This document shows positions 1 through 8,401 of a stretch of 64,000 nt of DNA, in pieces. The stretch comes from a virus (lineage: Duplodnaviria; Caudoviricetes). The stretch lies in IMG/VR virus record IMGVR_UViG_3300032893_000039, positions 1,820 to 65,819 of that record; one strand, 5' to 3'. Below the pieces are notes generated by a model. It had not been told where the DNA came from and ran no database searches. It worked only from the letters and a program-made list of their open reading frames with translations. The position numbers were made by a program, and so were the translations under genes. Positions within the stretch are counted from its first letter, which is position 1. Each line of letters begins with the position of its first letter.

Positions 1-163
1 TAACACTAATTCTGACGGAACATTTACTATCTTCTGAGCCCGGCGCGCGGCGGAGCGCGAATGAGAGGCGGCGTGCGTCTCGATTACTTTCACACTCTAA
101 TACTATCGTCTCCGTCTCGCCGCGCTTGAGGAGGGTGGAGAGTTCTGATTTATTGTAGATCAA
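1..163 (-). CDS. hypothetical protein, partial (runs off window start)
   Basis: Open minus-strand frame from TTG at 163 (LIYNKSELSTLLKRGETETIVLECESNRDARRL...), directly after the stop of 165..434. Confidence 0.45.
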   Translation of the reverse strand, partial: MIYNKSELSTLLKRGETETIVLECESNRDARRLSFALRRAPGSEDSKCSVRISV

Positions 164-164
164 T

Positions 165-434
165 TTATTTATCCTTATTACATTTACTTTGCATCATGGT
201 GCCGAGCTTTTCGAGGGTGAATTTATATTGAGCGGCGGCAGTTTCGGCCTGCTTTTCTTTTTGAAGCGCTTGTGTTAGGGCCGCGTCACTCTTTTCAACT
301 TGTGAATTGGTTGAGTGGATTAGAATCGCTCCAGTGAGACACGCACCAAGGATGCAGGAAATAGATAGTAGGGTGAATAACTCGCCTAAGTAAAAGGTAA
401 AGCACATTGGGATTTTTTCAGTGTCTTCTTTCAT
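165..434 (-). CDS. hypothetical membrane-anchored coiled-coil protein
   Basis: N-terminal hydrophobic segment followed by a Q/A/K-rich helix; tightly packed in operon. Confidence 0.55.
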   Translation of the reverse strand: MKEDTEKIPMCFTFYLGELFTLLSISCILGACLTGAILIHSTNSQVEKSDAALTQALQKEKQAETAAAQYKFTLEKLGTMMQSKCNKDK

Positions 435-435
435 C

Positions 436-861
436 TTATGTTTCCTCCGGGATGTCTATTTCGATGTTTACAAGAGGCTTATTCTGGCCGCGTTCGTTGG
501 TAAAAAAGGAGAGAGTGGCGGTGTAGGGTACTTCTTCGCCATCATCATTGATTAGTAGTTTGGTGAGGTGGACGGCGTATTCTTTAGCGATGTATCCCAA
601 ATGCCATTCTTCGGCGGCGAAAATTTCGTCTGCACCAAAGCCGAATGGGGCGCACTTTTCCTCCAGAGTATCCATCATGTCATCGGTGAGGGTGGAGGTT
701 GATAGTAATACCATTACTGCGTTTTCATCATAGGGATTTTCCGGCTCGCGTCGGAGGAGAAGAGAGTGGGAGGATGGTAGACATTGAAGGAGTCCCTTTG
801 CTGGCGGGCGGTAAAAGTCGCCGACGAGTGGGGCGGTGAAAGATTGAATGGTCATATTCAC
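436..861 (-). CDS. HIRAN-domain protein
   Basis: LLLRREPENPYDENAV and HLGYI motifs typical of HIRAN. Confidence 0.75.
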   Translation of the reverse strand: MNMTIQSFTAPLVGDFYRPPAKGLLQCLPSSHSLLLRREPENPYDENAVMVLLSTSTLTDDMMDTLEEKCAPFGFGADEIFAAEEWHLGYIAKEYAVHLTKLLINDDGEEVPYTATLSFFTNERGQNKPLVNIEIDIPEET

Positions 862-1009
862 TTACCTCCATGAATGATAAGTCCTAATCCAACTGCTAAA
901 ATAAAAGCTAGTAGCGCGCCTTGCCACCATGTTTTATTTAGATTTGTCAATCCAACATATATTCCAATAAGCAAATAGCCAAATGTTTCCATTATCATTA
1001 CTCCAAATA

Positions 1010-1249
1010 TTACGAATTAAGCCTATTTACATTCTCACTCATTACCCTCTGCCTGACCCCTTCTACAAAAGCTTGTAGCAATTGCTTTGGATTTATACCA
1101 TTTTCCTTGGCACAGAGTAGTATAATCCTAACCGCTATACTTTCAATGATTACCATAGCGGAGGAATTTGGGCCGTCGGTTACTTCAAAGAGGTTGTTCA
1201 TTAGTTCAAGGACAAGATCGTTATGGATTTTGGCGGATTTGATTAGCAT
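1010..1249 (-). CDS. hypothetical protein
   Basis: ORF track; packed in minus-strand operon. Confidence 0.55.
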   Translation of the reverse strand: MLIKSAKIHNDLVLELMNNLFEVTDGPNSSAMVIIESIAVRIILLCAKENGINPKQLLQAFVEGVRQRVMSENVNRLNS

Positions 1250-1264
1250 GGAGGCATGTCCTAA

Positions 1265-2752
1265 TTATAGATTAAACAACGCTATCGGCGCTTCGATAAG
1301 CTTATTCTTTGTCCTCGTTTCTACTACATATTTCAAATTAAGTTCTTGGGCAAGTTGTTCTTCTGTGAGATAGCCGGTATCATATTTGTCAAATAAGCGT
1401 TCTGGATCAAGCCTCCAACTATCAAGATGAATGACAGTATCGAACTCCAATCCCTTTGCTCGGTGAATGGTGGATAGTATTATATTTGCATTCTCTTGAG
1501 CGAAGAGGATTTCTAATTTCCGAGAGAAGTCGCGCGCGGTTCGGCAATTACTATCTAGTACAGTGAGTAAACTCTCAGCCCTATCATTAATACTCTCCCT
1601 TTTCTGTACATCCTCGGTCTTTGCCAACTCTAACGTCTGCCAATCCTTAATTCCCTTCACCATTTCATCCATGCCGGTGGAGGGATCGGGGCAGATTTTG
1701 GAGAATAGTGATATGAGAGACTTTCCAATGTCGCGTCCCAAGAAGGTAACGGGAATGCCTCGGCGGAGGAGTTTAAACGCGAGCGATAAGAGCGGCGCGT
1801 TGTTGCGACAGAGGATGGCAAGGGAGGTATTTTCAACCGACCAGGGGTTTGTGTGCGCATAGTAGGTGCCTTCTAGATTGGTATCGGCGGCGCGAAAGCC
1901 TATGGCGTGATGGGCGTTGCGTCGGACGATGAGCTTGGGGCAGCGGAAGGTTAGAGTGAGGGGAAGAGTGATAAAGCTGGGGCGTAGCTTGCGGATATTA
2001 CTCATAGAGTTTGTGTCCGCGCCGCGCCATGCGTAAATACTTTGCTTCTCATCTCCTACTGCGATAATACGAGATACCGCAGCCTTTGCAATCATCCGGT
2101 GGTTCATTGGTGGTAGATCCTGCGCCTCGTCTACTATCACCAAAGCAAAGCGCGGGAAGCGTCCGCCGAACATGGTGGAGATGTAGATTTGATCGTCGTA
2201 GGTAATAGTACCTGCAAGGGCTTCGTTAATCGATCTAATTAATAAGAGCCGCGCGACGAAAATTGCATTTGCGCTTGCGTCCCATTCTAGATCTTGCCAA
2301 GTATCGGGTTCGTCGGGGAGTAAAGACTCATGAGGGAAGTCACTAGGGACTAGCCCAGCCATCATGGCTTTACGATAGAGAGATAAAACAACCGGCTGAT
2401 CTGCTTTTGGCAGGGCGATATTTTCAGATATGAGTATTTCCCGTAAGAGGCGATAGGGCTTATTGTTGTCAAGGGTAAAGGACTTTCCCAGGCCGTTGCG
2501 AAGCGCTGCGTTGCCGAGCGCATTCATTGTCATTACTTGACAGTGGGTTTTACTTAATCGCCGCTCTAACTCCTCCTTTATCTTTACATTGAAAGCTACG
2601 ATAAGAGTTGATGTGTGGCGCGGTATTGTCTTTGCCAATAATTCTATAGAAGTAGTCTTAGCACAACCGGCAAAGGCCGATACTATGATACTTTCCTTAG
2701 TATCGGAAAAGGTGGAGAGGAGTGTGGTTTGTTCGGTAGTGGGGGTGAACAT
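1265..2752 (-). CDS. UvrD/Rep-like superfamily 1 DNA helicase
   Basis: AFAGCAKTT (Walker A variant), VDEAQD, VGDEKQSIYAWRGA, TFRCP, STIHRAKGLEFD, YVVETRTK. Confidence 0.92.
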   Translation of the reverse strand: MFTPTTEQTTLLSTFSDTKESIIVSAFAGCAKTTSIELLAKTIPRHTSTLIVAFNVKIKEELERRLSKTHCQVMTMNALGNAALRNGLGKSFTLDNNKPYRLLREILISENIALPKADQPVVLSLYRKAMMAGLVPSDFPHESLLPDEPDTWQDLEWDASANAIFVARLLLIRSINEALAGTITYDDQIYISTMFGGRFPRFALVIVDEAQDLPPMNHRMIAKAAVSRIIAVGDEKQSIYAWRGADTNSMSNIRKLRPSFITLPLTLTFRCPKLIVRRNAHHAIGFRAADTNLEGTYYAHTNPWSVENTSLAILCRNNAPLLSLAFKLLRRGIPVTFLGRDIGKSLISLFSKICPDPSTGMDEMVKGIKDWQTLELAKTEDVQKRESINDRAESLLTVLDSNCRTARDFSRKLEILFAQENANIILSTIHRAKGLEFDTVIHLDSWRLDPERLFDKYDTGYLTEEQLAQELNLKYVVETRTKNKLIEAPIALFNL

Positions 2753-2757
2753 AAAGA

Positions 2758-2946
2758 TTAGCCTTCGATAAGAAGTATTTTTAGCAACGCGAGCGTGGCT
2801 TGTAATTTATGCTTTGTTTCCTTTATCTCTTTCTTGAAATATTCTATATCTTCCGTGTAAGATTTATTTAAGTCGGTTAGAAGTTTGATACTACTATTAA
2901 GTTTCTCAATATCTTCCTCAAGAGATTGGATGGTTTTACGGGACAT
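2758..2946 (-). CDS. small coiled-coil hypothetical protein
   Basis: ORF with AGGAG SD; heptad pattern. Confidence 0.6.
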   Translation of the reverse strand: MSRKTIQSLEEDIEKLNSSIKLLTDLNKSYTEDIEYFKKEIKETKHKLQATLALLKILLIEG

Positions 2947-2960
2947 GGGTTTTCTCCTAA

Positions 2961-3212
2961 TTACAAGTTAAATGCTTCACTTACCTCTTTAATATGATAA
3001 CATGTATCGCCGTTAGCTATTTGTAAACGTTCTCCCTGCCAAATTTTAATAATATTTAGCGTTATATTATCTTCTTTATGTGGAAAAGATAAACCAAGTC
3101 CTTTTGCAACTTGTTCAATTGATGGATGGTCTTTCCACCAACAAACTAAATTGTGTTCAGGTTGATCGTAATTATTTTCAATGGAGAATAAACACCAGAT
3201 TTTATTTGCCAT
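2961..3212 (-). CDS. hypothetical protein
   Basis: ORF with GGAGG SD. Confidence 0.6.
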   Translation of the reverse strand: MANKIWCLFSIENNYDQPEHNLVCWWKDHPSIEQVAKGLGLSFPHKEDNITLNIIKIWQGERLQIANGDTCYHIKEVSEAFNL

Positions 3213-3221
3213 GTTTGCCTC

Positions 3222-3473
3222 CTAATTATCAAACTTCGGCACAATGCCAACAATATCCCCAAGACCTGATTTTTCAAAGGTGTCGGCAGTGTTTCGCAGA
3301 AACTCAACTCGATAAGAAGGGTCAAAGGAACTGGTTGAGGCGAGATTGCCTTCCTCAGTTACCATTATGATAAGAGTTGCTTGAAGGTTGTGCTTTTCGT
3401 GAAACTTGCGTATGGAAATGTAGAGGTCTGCGAGGTCAGTTTCAAAGGTATTGGGCAAATCATTTTCCATCAT
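3222..3473 (-). CDS. hypothetical protein
   Basis: ORF overlapping upstream stop (ATGA coupling). Confidence 0.55.
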   Translation of the reverse strand: MMENDLPNTFETDLADLYISIRKFHEKHNLQATLIIMVTEEGNLASTSSFDPSYRVEFLRNTADTFEKSGLGDIVGIVPKFDN

Positions 3474-3736
3474 TTCATTCCTTTTACTAGAATTAGGTTG
3501 AGTTTATGTGCTCGGACCATTACCGTCTCATTATTTGGCATTAGCAGAGTAACAACCCCGGCGTCATTTTCAACTACTTCGGGTTGTCTGTCTTTACTAT
3601 AGGAATTCGGCCCGATGCGAATGTCGTCGCCACGGAGAGGATATTTCAAACCCTGGCGGAGGATCTTTACAAATGTGCTATCCTTTGTGTAAGAAAATTC
3701 GAGCGAGAGATTAGGTGAGATGCGAAGAGTTTGCAA
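3470..3736 (-). CDS. hypothetical protein
   Basis: ORF track; operon packing. Confidence 0.5.
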   Translation of the reverse strand: MQTLRISPNLSLEFSYTKDSTFVKILRQGLKYPLRGDDIRIGPNSYSKDRQPEVVENDAGVVTLLMPNNETVMVRAHKLNLILVKGMK

Positions 3737-3752
3737 AGTAATGGTCCTTTAG

Positions 3753-3932
3753 TTATTCATCATTATTACATTGACAATCAGGATTTGGATTTTCTTTAGA
3801 TCCATATCCACAATTTGGACAAAATATTTTATTATTATTTATTGCATGTAAAACTTCTACTCTTTCTGTCCAAGAAAGTTCAAGAAGTTTTTGTAAAGTT
3901 ACTTCTACAATAATTCTTTGACGTGAATTCAT
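3753..3932 (-). CDS. small Cys-rich hypothetical protein
   Basis: ATG at 3932 coupled to upstream TAA; CPNCG...CQC. Confidence 0.5.
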   Translation of the reverse strand: MNSRQRIIVEVTLQKLLELSWTERVEVLHAINNNKIFCPNCGYGSKENPNPDCQCNNDE

Positions 3933-5110
3933 TATAAGGGTTCCCCTTGAATAACTTCCGCAAGGCTCATGCATTTATTGATGAGGTAGTTTTGAAAGTC
4001 TTTACTTTCATCAATAAAGGATTGTGTGAGATGGAGGTATTCTTCCCAAAGCGTGCCGGCCAGTATTTTAGTACCTTGGTCGAAGGCTTGAGGGGAAAGG
4101 AAGATTTTACCTTGCTCGGCCTTGCCAAGTATCCCCGCCCCCATATCAGCCACAATGATTTCTTGGTCAATGTGAACTTGTAAGTTTCGGTAAAGGAATT
4201 TCTTAGCCTTTTCAAGCATCTTTGCTTGTACTTCGTCAAGGGGCAGCGACGGCGCTTCGTGGATTTTCTCAGCTTTGATTTGAGAATAGAGTTTCTGTGG
4301 CAGCTTTACCGACTGGGTGTTATATAGATCCAGCGCAACTAACTTGAAAATCTGCCCGCACTCATTCCACCGCCAGTCAAGCTGGCCTTCGAGAAAAGTT
4401 GGGGGGAGGGTTAGGATATCGTGAATGAAATCGTAGTTGTCGCTGTCCTGAAAAGCCTTGCGGAGAATGTCATCTAAGGTCCAATAGTGGGCCATTGTGC
4501 GATCTTCGGTCAGGCGTGTCTCAGTGAGGAGATTGTAACCATACGCGGCGCTCGGATTGCGAAGTATTCGGATACCTCGATAGTAAATATTACCGGGCGC
4601 GCGGACTACCTCGACGGTAGGGAAGGTGAGGATTGGAGGCGTGTTAAGGATGAATTCATTGCGGCAAAGATGGGCGTCATTTAGCTTGTCGCACTTGACG
4701 ATGATAATAGTAAGATTTTCCGCCGGGCGAATTTCTTCATCGTCGGAGATGAGCTGCACTTGGCCTTCTTCATCCATTGCGTTGCAGTATAGTTCCCGGT
4801 AGTACATCCACGGCTCCCAGGCTTTACCGAATTCTGTGGTAAAGCCGAGAGTTGTAGTCTCCTTTGCGTCAACTGTCATTTCAATCACGGTAAATTTCTT
4901 GCCACGAATGGTAGTTTCTTTGCCGTGAAAGAAGTAGTTGGTTTCGCCCGACCAAATTTCAATGGTGCCGCCGAGACGGATAATTCCGGCGATGGCATAT
5001 TTTAGCCCGGTGCCGAAGTAGCCAATAGGGGTGTCGCTGGGCTTTACATTTACGCCCATGATAGTTGCGGCGCGAATGTCTATTTCGCCAGGGTTGGAAA
5101 ATACAAGCAT
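3932..5110 (-). CDS. GHKL/HATPase-like ATPase with C-terminal zincin-like segment
   Basis: PIGYFGTGLK (G-box-like), RELYCNAMDE (N-box-like), C-terminal GTLWEEYLH. Confidence 0.6.
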   Translation of the reverse strand: MLVFSNPGEIDIRAATIMGVNVKPSDTPIGYFGTGLKYAIAGIIRLGGTIEIWSGETNYFFHGKETTIRGKKFTVIEMTVDAKETTTLGFTTEFGKAWEPWMYYRELYCNAMDEEGQVQLISDDEEIRPAENLTIIIVKCDKLNDAHLCRNEFILNTPPILTFPTVEVVRAPGNIYYRGIRILRNPSAAYGYNLLTETRLTEDRTMAHYWTLDDILRKAFQDSDNYDFIHDILTLPPTFLEGQLDWRWNECGQIFKLVALDLYNTQSVKLPQKLYSQIKAEKIHEAPSLPLDEVQAKMLEKAKKFLYRNLQVHIDQEIIVADMGAGILGKAEQGKIFLSPQAFDQGTKILAGTLWEEYLHLTQSFIDESKDFQNYLINKCMSLAEVIQGEPL

Positions 5111-5146
5111 TGGTTTTCTCCTTTTTAGTAGGGAAACACACTGAAA

Positions 5147-5260
5147 TTAATACCCAGACTCAGACCAAGACCTAGACCCAGACCCAGACCTAGACCCAGA
5201 CCCAGACTCAGACCAAGACCTAGACCTATCAAATCCTAATCTCATAACTGCCGCATTCAT
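5147..5260 (-). CDS. 37-aa Ser-dipeptide-repeat peptide (MNAAVMRLGFDRSRSWSESGSGSRSGSGSRSWSESGY)
   Basis: Translated by hand; ATG overlaps the TGA of the upstream gene; below the ORF-track size cutoff. Confidence 0.7.
   Translation of the reverse strand: MNAAVMRLGFDRSRSWSESGSGSRSGSGSRSWSESGY
5153..5227. repeat. hexamer tandem repeat (CNN-AGA)x12
   Basis: cccaga ctcaga ccaaga cctaga ...; encodes X-Ser dipeptides on the minus strand. Confidence 0.9.
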
Positions 5261-5601
5261 TTTTGACTCCTACTTACTTTTTTAATTTGAACAGCATCAA
5301 TCAGTCCGCCTCTCCCAACAATAACCTTTCCATCAGGAAAGGGTTCTACTTCCTTAAATTCTACCTTGGCAACTGCATCGGCAAATCTGCCAGTATCAGC
5401 AATCCAGGAAGCATCTTCAAGAATTAATTCTTGTGGAGTTACTCCAACAAGCCGACCTGTGTCGATCATAGTTACAGTGCGGATTAGGTAGATTTTACCA
5501 ATTTCCCAATGGGAGTCATCTTGTGATTGAGTAGTATTTGTTTGATTGAAAAGACTTGTCAGTTGCTTGGCTTCACCAATGGTAAGTTCGTCGATTTTCA
5601 T
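5257..5601 (-). CDS. conserved phage hypothetical protein (GKIYLIRTVT...TGRL type)
   Basis: Likely true ATG at 5601 with AAGGAG SD; the ORF-track extension to 5667 runs into the tRNA. Confidence 0.7.
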   Translation of the reverse strand: MKIDELTIGEAKQLTSLFNQTNTTQSQDDSHWEIGKIYLIRTVTMIDTGRLVGVTPQELILEDASWIADTGRFADAVAKVEFKEVEPFPDGKVIVGRGGLIDAVQIKKVSRSQK

Positions 5602-5623
5602 GGTAGTTCTCCTTGTTGATATG

Positions 5624-5700
5624 TGGTCTAGGTGAGAGGATTCGAACCTCCGACTTTTAGCTCCCAAAGCTAACGCTCTACCAGACTGAGCTACACCTAG
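5624..5700 (-). tRNA. tRNA-Pro(TGG)
   Basis: Cloverleaf: CTAGGTG acceptor, TAGCTCAGTCTGGTAGAGC D arm, loop TTTGGGA, GGTTCGAATCC, encoded CCA. Confidence 0.95.
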
Positions 5701-5708
5701 AATGGTGG

Positions 5709-5912
5709 TTATTTTCTCAAATTATAAACATAGTTAACAAATCGACATAGGTAGTCAAGAATGGAATAAATAAACGTACCAAAGAATACAACCACCATCA
5801 TCAGGCCGATCCATAGGTAATAGATGCATACGAATGGAAAGCAAATGAGGGAGAGGAGGCCGACGAGAATATCTTCGGGGGTGAGAAGGGTTTTTGGATC
5901 GGATTTTTTCAT
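5709..5912 (-). CDS. small membrane protein
   Basis: Long hydrophobic stretch. Confidence 0.55.
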   Translation of the reverse strand: MKKSDPKTLLTPEDILVGLLSLICFPFVCIYYLWIGLMMVVVFFGTFIYSILDYLCRFVNYVYNLRK

Positions 5913-5924
5913 GAGGAAGTTTCC

Positions 5925-6164
5925 TTATCTCATTTTTTCTAACATGTCTCGAGGCTTCTCGCCCCGGTCAACTTGATCTAGCGTTTCCACCATGCGCCGC
6001 GCACATTTTACTAGATTAACGACGCCGGTACTCTTATGCTTCTCTAAATCAGTGTTGGCAATATTTTCTATTGCCTTGCGATGGGACGAAAAGCCCTGCA
6101 TTGCGAAGTAGAAGTTGGAGAAAAGAGTTTCGGCGAGGGTTGTGAGGAAGGTAGATTTGGTCAT
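5925..6164 (-). CDS. hypothetical protein
   Basis: ATGA-coupled to upstream ORF. Confidence 0.55.
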   Translation of the reverse strand: MTKSTFLTTLAETLFSNFYFAMQGFSSHRKAIENIANTDLEKHKSTGVVNLVKCARRMVETLDQVDRGEKPRDMLEKMR

Positions 6165-6397
6165 GGGAAGGGGTAGATCCCTATAAGGGTGTCGTTATCA
6201 TCTTCATCAAGTTGGCCCTCAAGCATATGATGGCCGGCTTTGCAACAAATATGCAAACCTTGACCATTTGCTACTCGGACTGTTTTAATACTATTAGGTT
6301 TTAGGCAAGTAAATCCATCATCTACTTGTACCTTATCCCCAACTTTCAATTGGGAAAGTTTGGCATATGCACGGCCATTTGCGTCATGGGTTGGCAT
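6161..6397 (-). CDS. hypothetical protein (possible small beta-barrel)
   Basis: LKVGDKVQVDDGFTC motif. Confidence 0.55.
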   Translation of the reverse strand: MPTHDANGRAYAKLSQLKVGDKVQVDDGFTCLKPNSIKTVRVANGQGLHICCKAGHHMLEGQLDEDDNDTLIGIYPFP

Positions 6398-6402
6398 GGT
6401 GG

Positions 6403-6801
6403 TTACTCCATATTGGGTGTAGTTTCTTTACTCTTTTCTATCTCATCATATTTCTTCGCTAACTCTTTCATTCTATTCCATGAGTTGGCAGTAGCAATAA
6501 TAAATGGGGTCTTTAATCTAGTAGAAACATGCGAAATATATCGACAAAAATTAAAAACTTCGTATAATCTTTCTGGACAAGTAGAAATGACAACCTTCTG
6601 TGCTTTTATTATAATATTTACAGGATCGGTAACACTATAATATCTGTTACCAATTTTTATCACTAGTTTGTATTTTGAAAGTAATAATCTTGTTTTGTGA
6701 AAATATTTATCTCTGACGTTAATTTCACGAAAAGCTAATTCTTCCTTACGAATAACGTCTCGTTCTACGTAAGTATAGATGGGATTTTCTTCCGTGCTCA
6801 T
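6403..6801 (-). CDS. hypothetical protein (AT-rich)
   Basis: ATG 6801 coupled to the upstream TGA. Confidence 0.55.
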   Translation of the reverse strand: MSTEENPIYTYVERDVIRKEELAFREINVRDKYFHKTRLLLSKYKLVIKIGNRYYSVTDPVNIIIKAQKVVISTCPERLYEVFNFCRYISHVSTRLKTPFIIATANSWNRMKELAKKYDEIEKSKETTPNME

Positions 6802-7184
6802 GGCTGAAAATCCTCTACTTTGCATTTCCTATCCGTGGTAACTTTATTCCCGGCCTTAATCCACTCATCCACCATACTTTGCGTTGGGCAACTCGCGCGC
6901 CCGAGGTCATGGGGAAGTACTTTCCGGTTCATGAAGATTTCATGAATGATCCGGTAGAAGAGAATGGGGTCGAGCGGAAGGGTGATGGGATTGTAGCTGC
7001 GTTGGGCGGGGACGTGGACAACGAGATTGTCATTGGCGTCCTTATCCAAGTAAAAGCCAGACGGGAGCGGCACGGGGCGTCTCGCGTCAGTCAGCTTCGC
7101 TAGTAAATCCCGCTTCTCTTCTTCTAATCGAAGAATTTCCGCGCGCAGCTTGGGGATGGTCTTATTGTCGGAGGATTTTGCCAT
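6798..7184 (-). CDS. hypothetical protein
   Basis: ORF with AAGGA SD; N-terminal coiled coil. Confidence 0.6.
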   Translation of the reverse strand: MAKSSDNKTIPKLRAEILRLEEEKRDLLAKLTDARRPVPLPSGFYLDKDANDNLVVHVPAQRSYNPITLPLDPILFYRIIHEIFMNRKVLPHDLGRASCPTQSMVDEWIKAGNKVTTDRKCKVEDFQP

Positions 7185-7196
7185 GATTACTTATCC

Positions 7197-7397
7197 TTAC
7201 CCAAAAAGTCCCAAAATGTATCCCATAAAGAAGCCAGAAGAACTATTGTCGTTTTTAATAGATTTACGATTAAGTACTGACCGAAGATATGGCATTAATT
7301 CTTTTTCGGACATTAATCCTAATCTAATTATATCTTCGCCTGTTCCGTTTTTACCTACTTGCTTTTTAACTGCGTCAAATTTATCCCAATCGAGCAT
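7197..7397 (-). CDS. hypothetical protein (MLDWDKFD...)
   Basis: AGGAGG SD before ATG 7397; the longer ORF-track call looks like an upstream extension. Confidence 0.6.
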   Translation of the reverse strand: MLDWDKFDAVKKQVGKNGTGEDIIRLGLMSEKELMPYLRSVLNRKSIKNDNSSSGFFMGYILGLFG

Positions 7398-7420
7398 AAT
7401 TAACCTCCTATCTTCTTTAA

Positions 7421-7573
7421 TTACTTCACCAACTTTCTTATCTTTTCGATAAGCTTCGCGGCAGAAATGTCGGAGTGGTAGGAGAGGATTTCCGCAGCGT
7501 TGGCGGCGGCATGAGGGTAGCCGAGGCGGAGGTAGAGGGAGCGGAGAAGACCGATTGTGTTGGTGGAGTGCAT
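7421..7573 (-). CDS. 50-aa hypothetical protein (MHSTNTIGLLRSLYLRLGYP...), probable first leftward gene
   Basis: Hand-translated; GGAG SD. Confidence 0.55.
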   Translation of the reverse strand: MHSTNTIGLLRSLYLRLGYPHAAANAAEILSYHSDISAAKLIEKIRKLVK

Positions 7574-7661
7574 GGTGAGGCTCCGGGTTGTTTGAGGCGT
7601 TCAGATTAGCATGGTGAGTGAAGCTTCGCAAGAGCGGAATAGCGAGGCGTGGCGGGCATGT

Positions 7662-7691
7662 ATGATAAGGAACGCGCCTGCGCGAATGCAA
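7662..7691 (-). promoter_or_regulatory. putative sigma70-type leftward promoter
   Basis: TTGCAT-N18-TATCAT at the point where gene orientation diverges. Confidence 0.5.
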
Positions 7692-7732
7692 GATCCATGC
7701 CAACTAATTTGCTCATATGCGCGAGAAAGTGC

Positions 7733-7762
7733 TTGCAAGTGGGCCGCACACTATGCCATACT
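7733..7762 (+). promoter_or_regulatory. putative sigma70-type rightward promoter for the ncRNA/Ro operon
   Basis: TTGCAA-N18-CATACT with extended -10 TG. Confidence 0.5.
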
Positions 7763-7823
7763 TCTTTTTGCATGCAGGGTAACACTGAGTAGTGGCCTGC
7801 AAATAAAGTAAATAGTAATTGCA

Positions 7824-8260
7824 TCTGCGGTCAGTCGCCAAGCGTCTGAGCGGCAGAAGTCTCCAGTAGAGACAGGAAGTAATCTTAGCGTAAATAGCGC
7901 ATGAGGGTGTCAGAGCAAAGCGAACAAAGGTTGCGTCTGATAACTTCTTACTTCTGGCAATTTCTTACCTAATCTGCCGATAGTGACTTTCGACGGGGGT
8001 TAGGCAGTTAGTACCTTAGCGAAAGTATCGCCTCACTCGCATTGCTAAGGGAATGTCCCGGCTGGTAGTAATCATTCCCCTGAGCCCTGCTACCAGCCGG
8101 GATTGAAATTAGAGTTAACCTACTGTGTGGACATATCTTTTTAGGTATGAAAAACACTAGCGTTACGACGTTAAGATCAGACAACGAAAGTTAACTTGAT
8201 AGATTACGGTTTATTAAGTTGGATATTGAAAAATATCTACCTGCTAGTAGGTTATCAAGA
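7824..8260 (+). ncRNA. unclassified structured non-coding region (series of hairpins and multibranch elements)
   Basis: No ORF; many stems, e.g. GGAAGTAA/TTACTTCT, CCTAATCT/GGGTTAGG, CCTTAGCGA/TTGCTAAGG, 15-bp stem 8056-8102, CTTGATA/TATCAAG. Confidence 0.5.
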
Positions 8261-8303
8261 TTAGAGTAGTTCAGTATGCGACACCCTGGATTGCTTTGAT
8301 AAG

Positions 8304-8366
8304 TGGATGACGTAGAATTCAGTTACTTCTTTGGATGATGAAAACTGAACTTCGCCTATTTCTCCA
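8304..8366 (+). ncRNA. Y-RNA-like unit 1 (minimal; short apical hairpin)
   Basis: TGGA-T-GA-CGTA-GAATTCAGTT ... AACTGAACTTC-GCCTATT-TC-TCCA. Confidence 0.75.
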
Positions 8367-8401
8367 GGCTAGGTTTAGAAGAAAACGCAGTGATATTTAT
8401 T

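Noticed and set aside
7197-7703. 168-aa ORF as a single gene
   Set aside because: Better explained by two SD-led genes (7421-7573 and 7197-7397) plus promoter DNA
7824-8260. Hammerhead or other known small ribozyme/riboswitch
   Set aside because: No CUGANGA...GAAA core in the right stem context, nor another consensus I could match by eye
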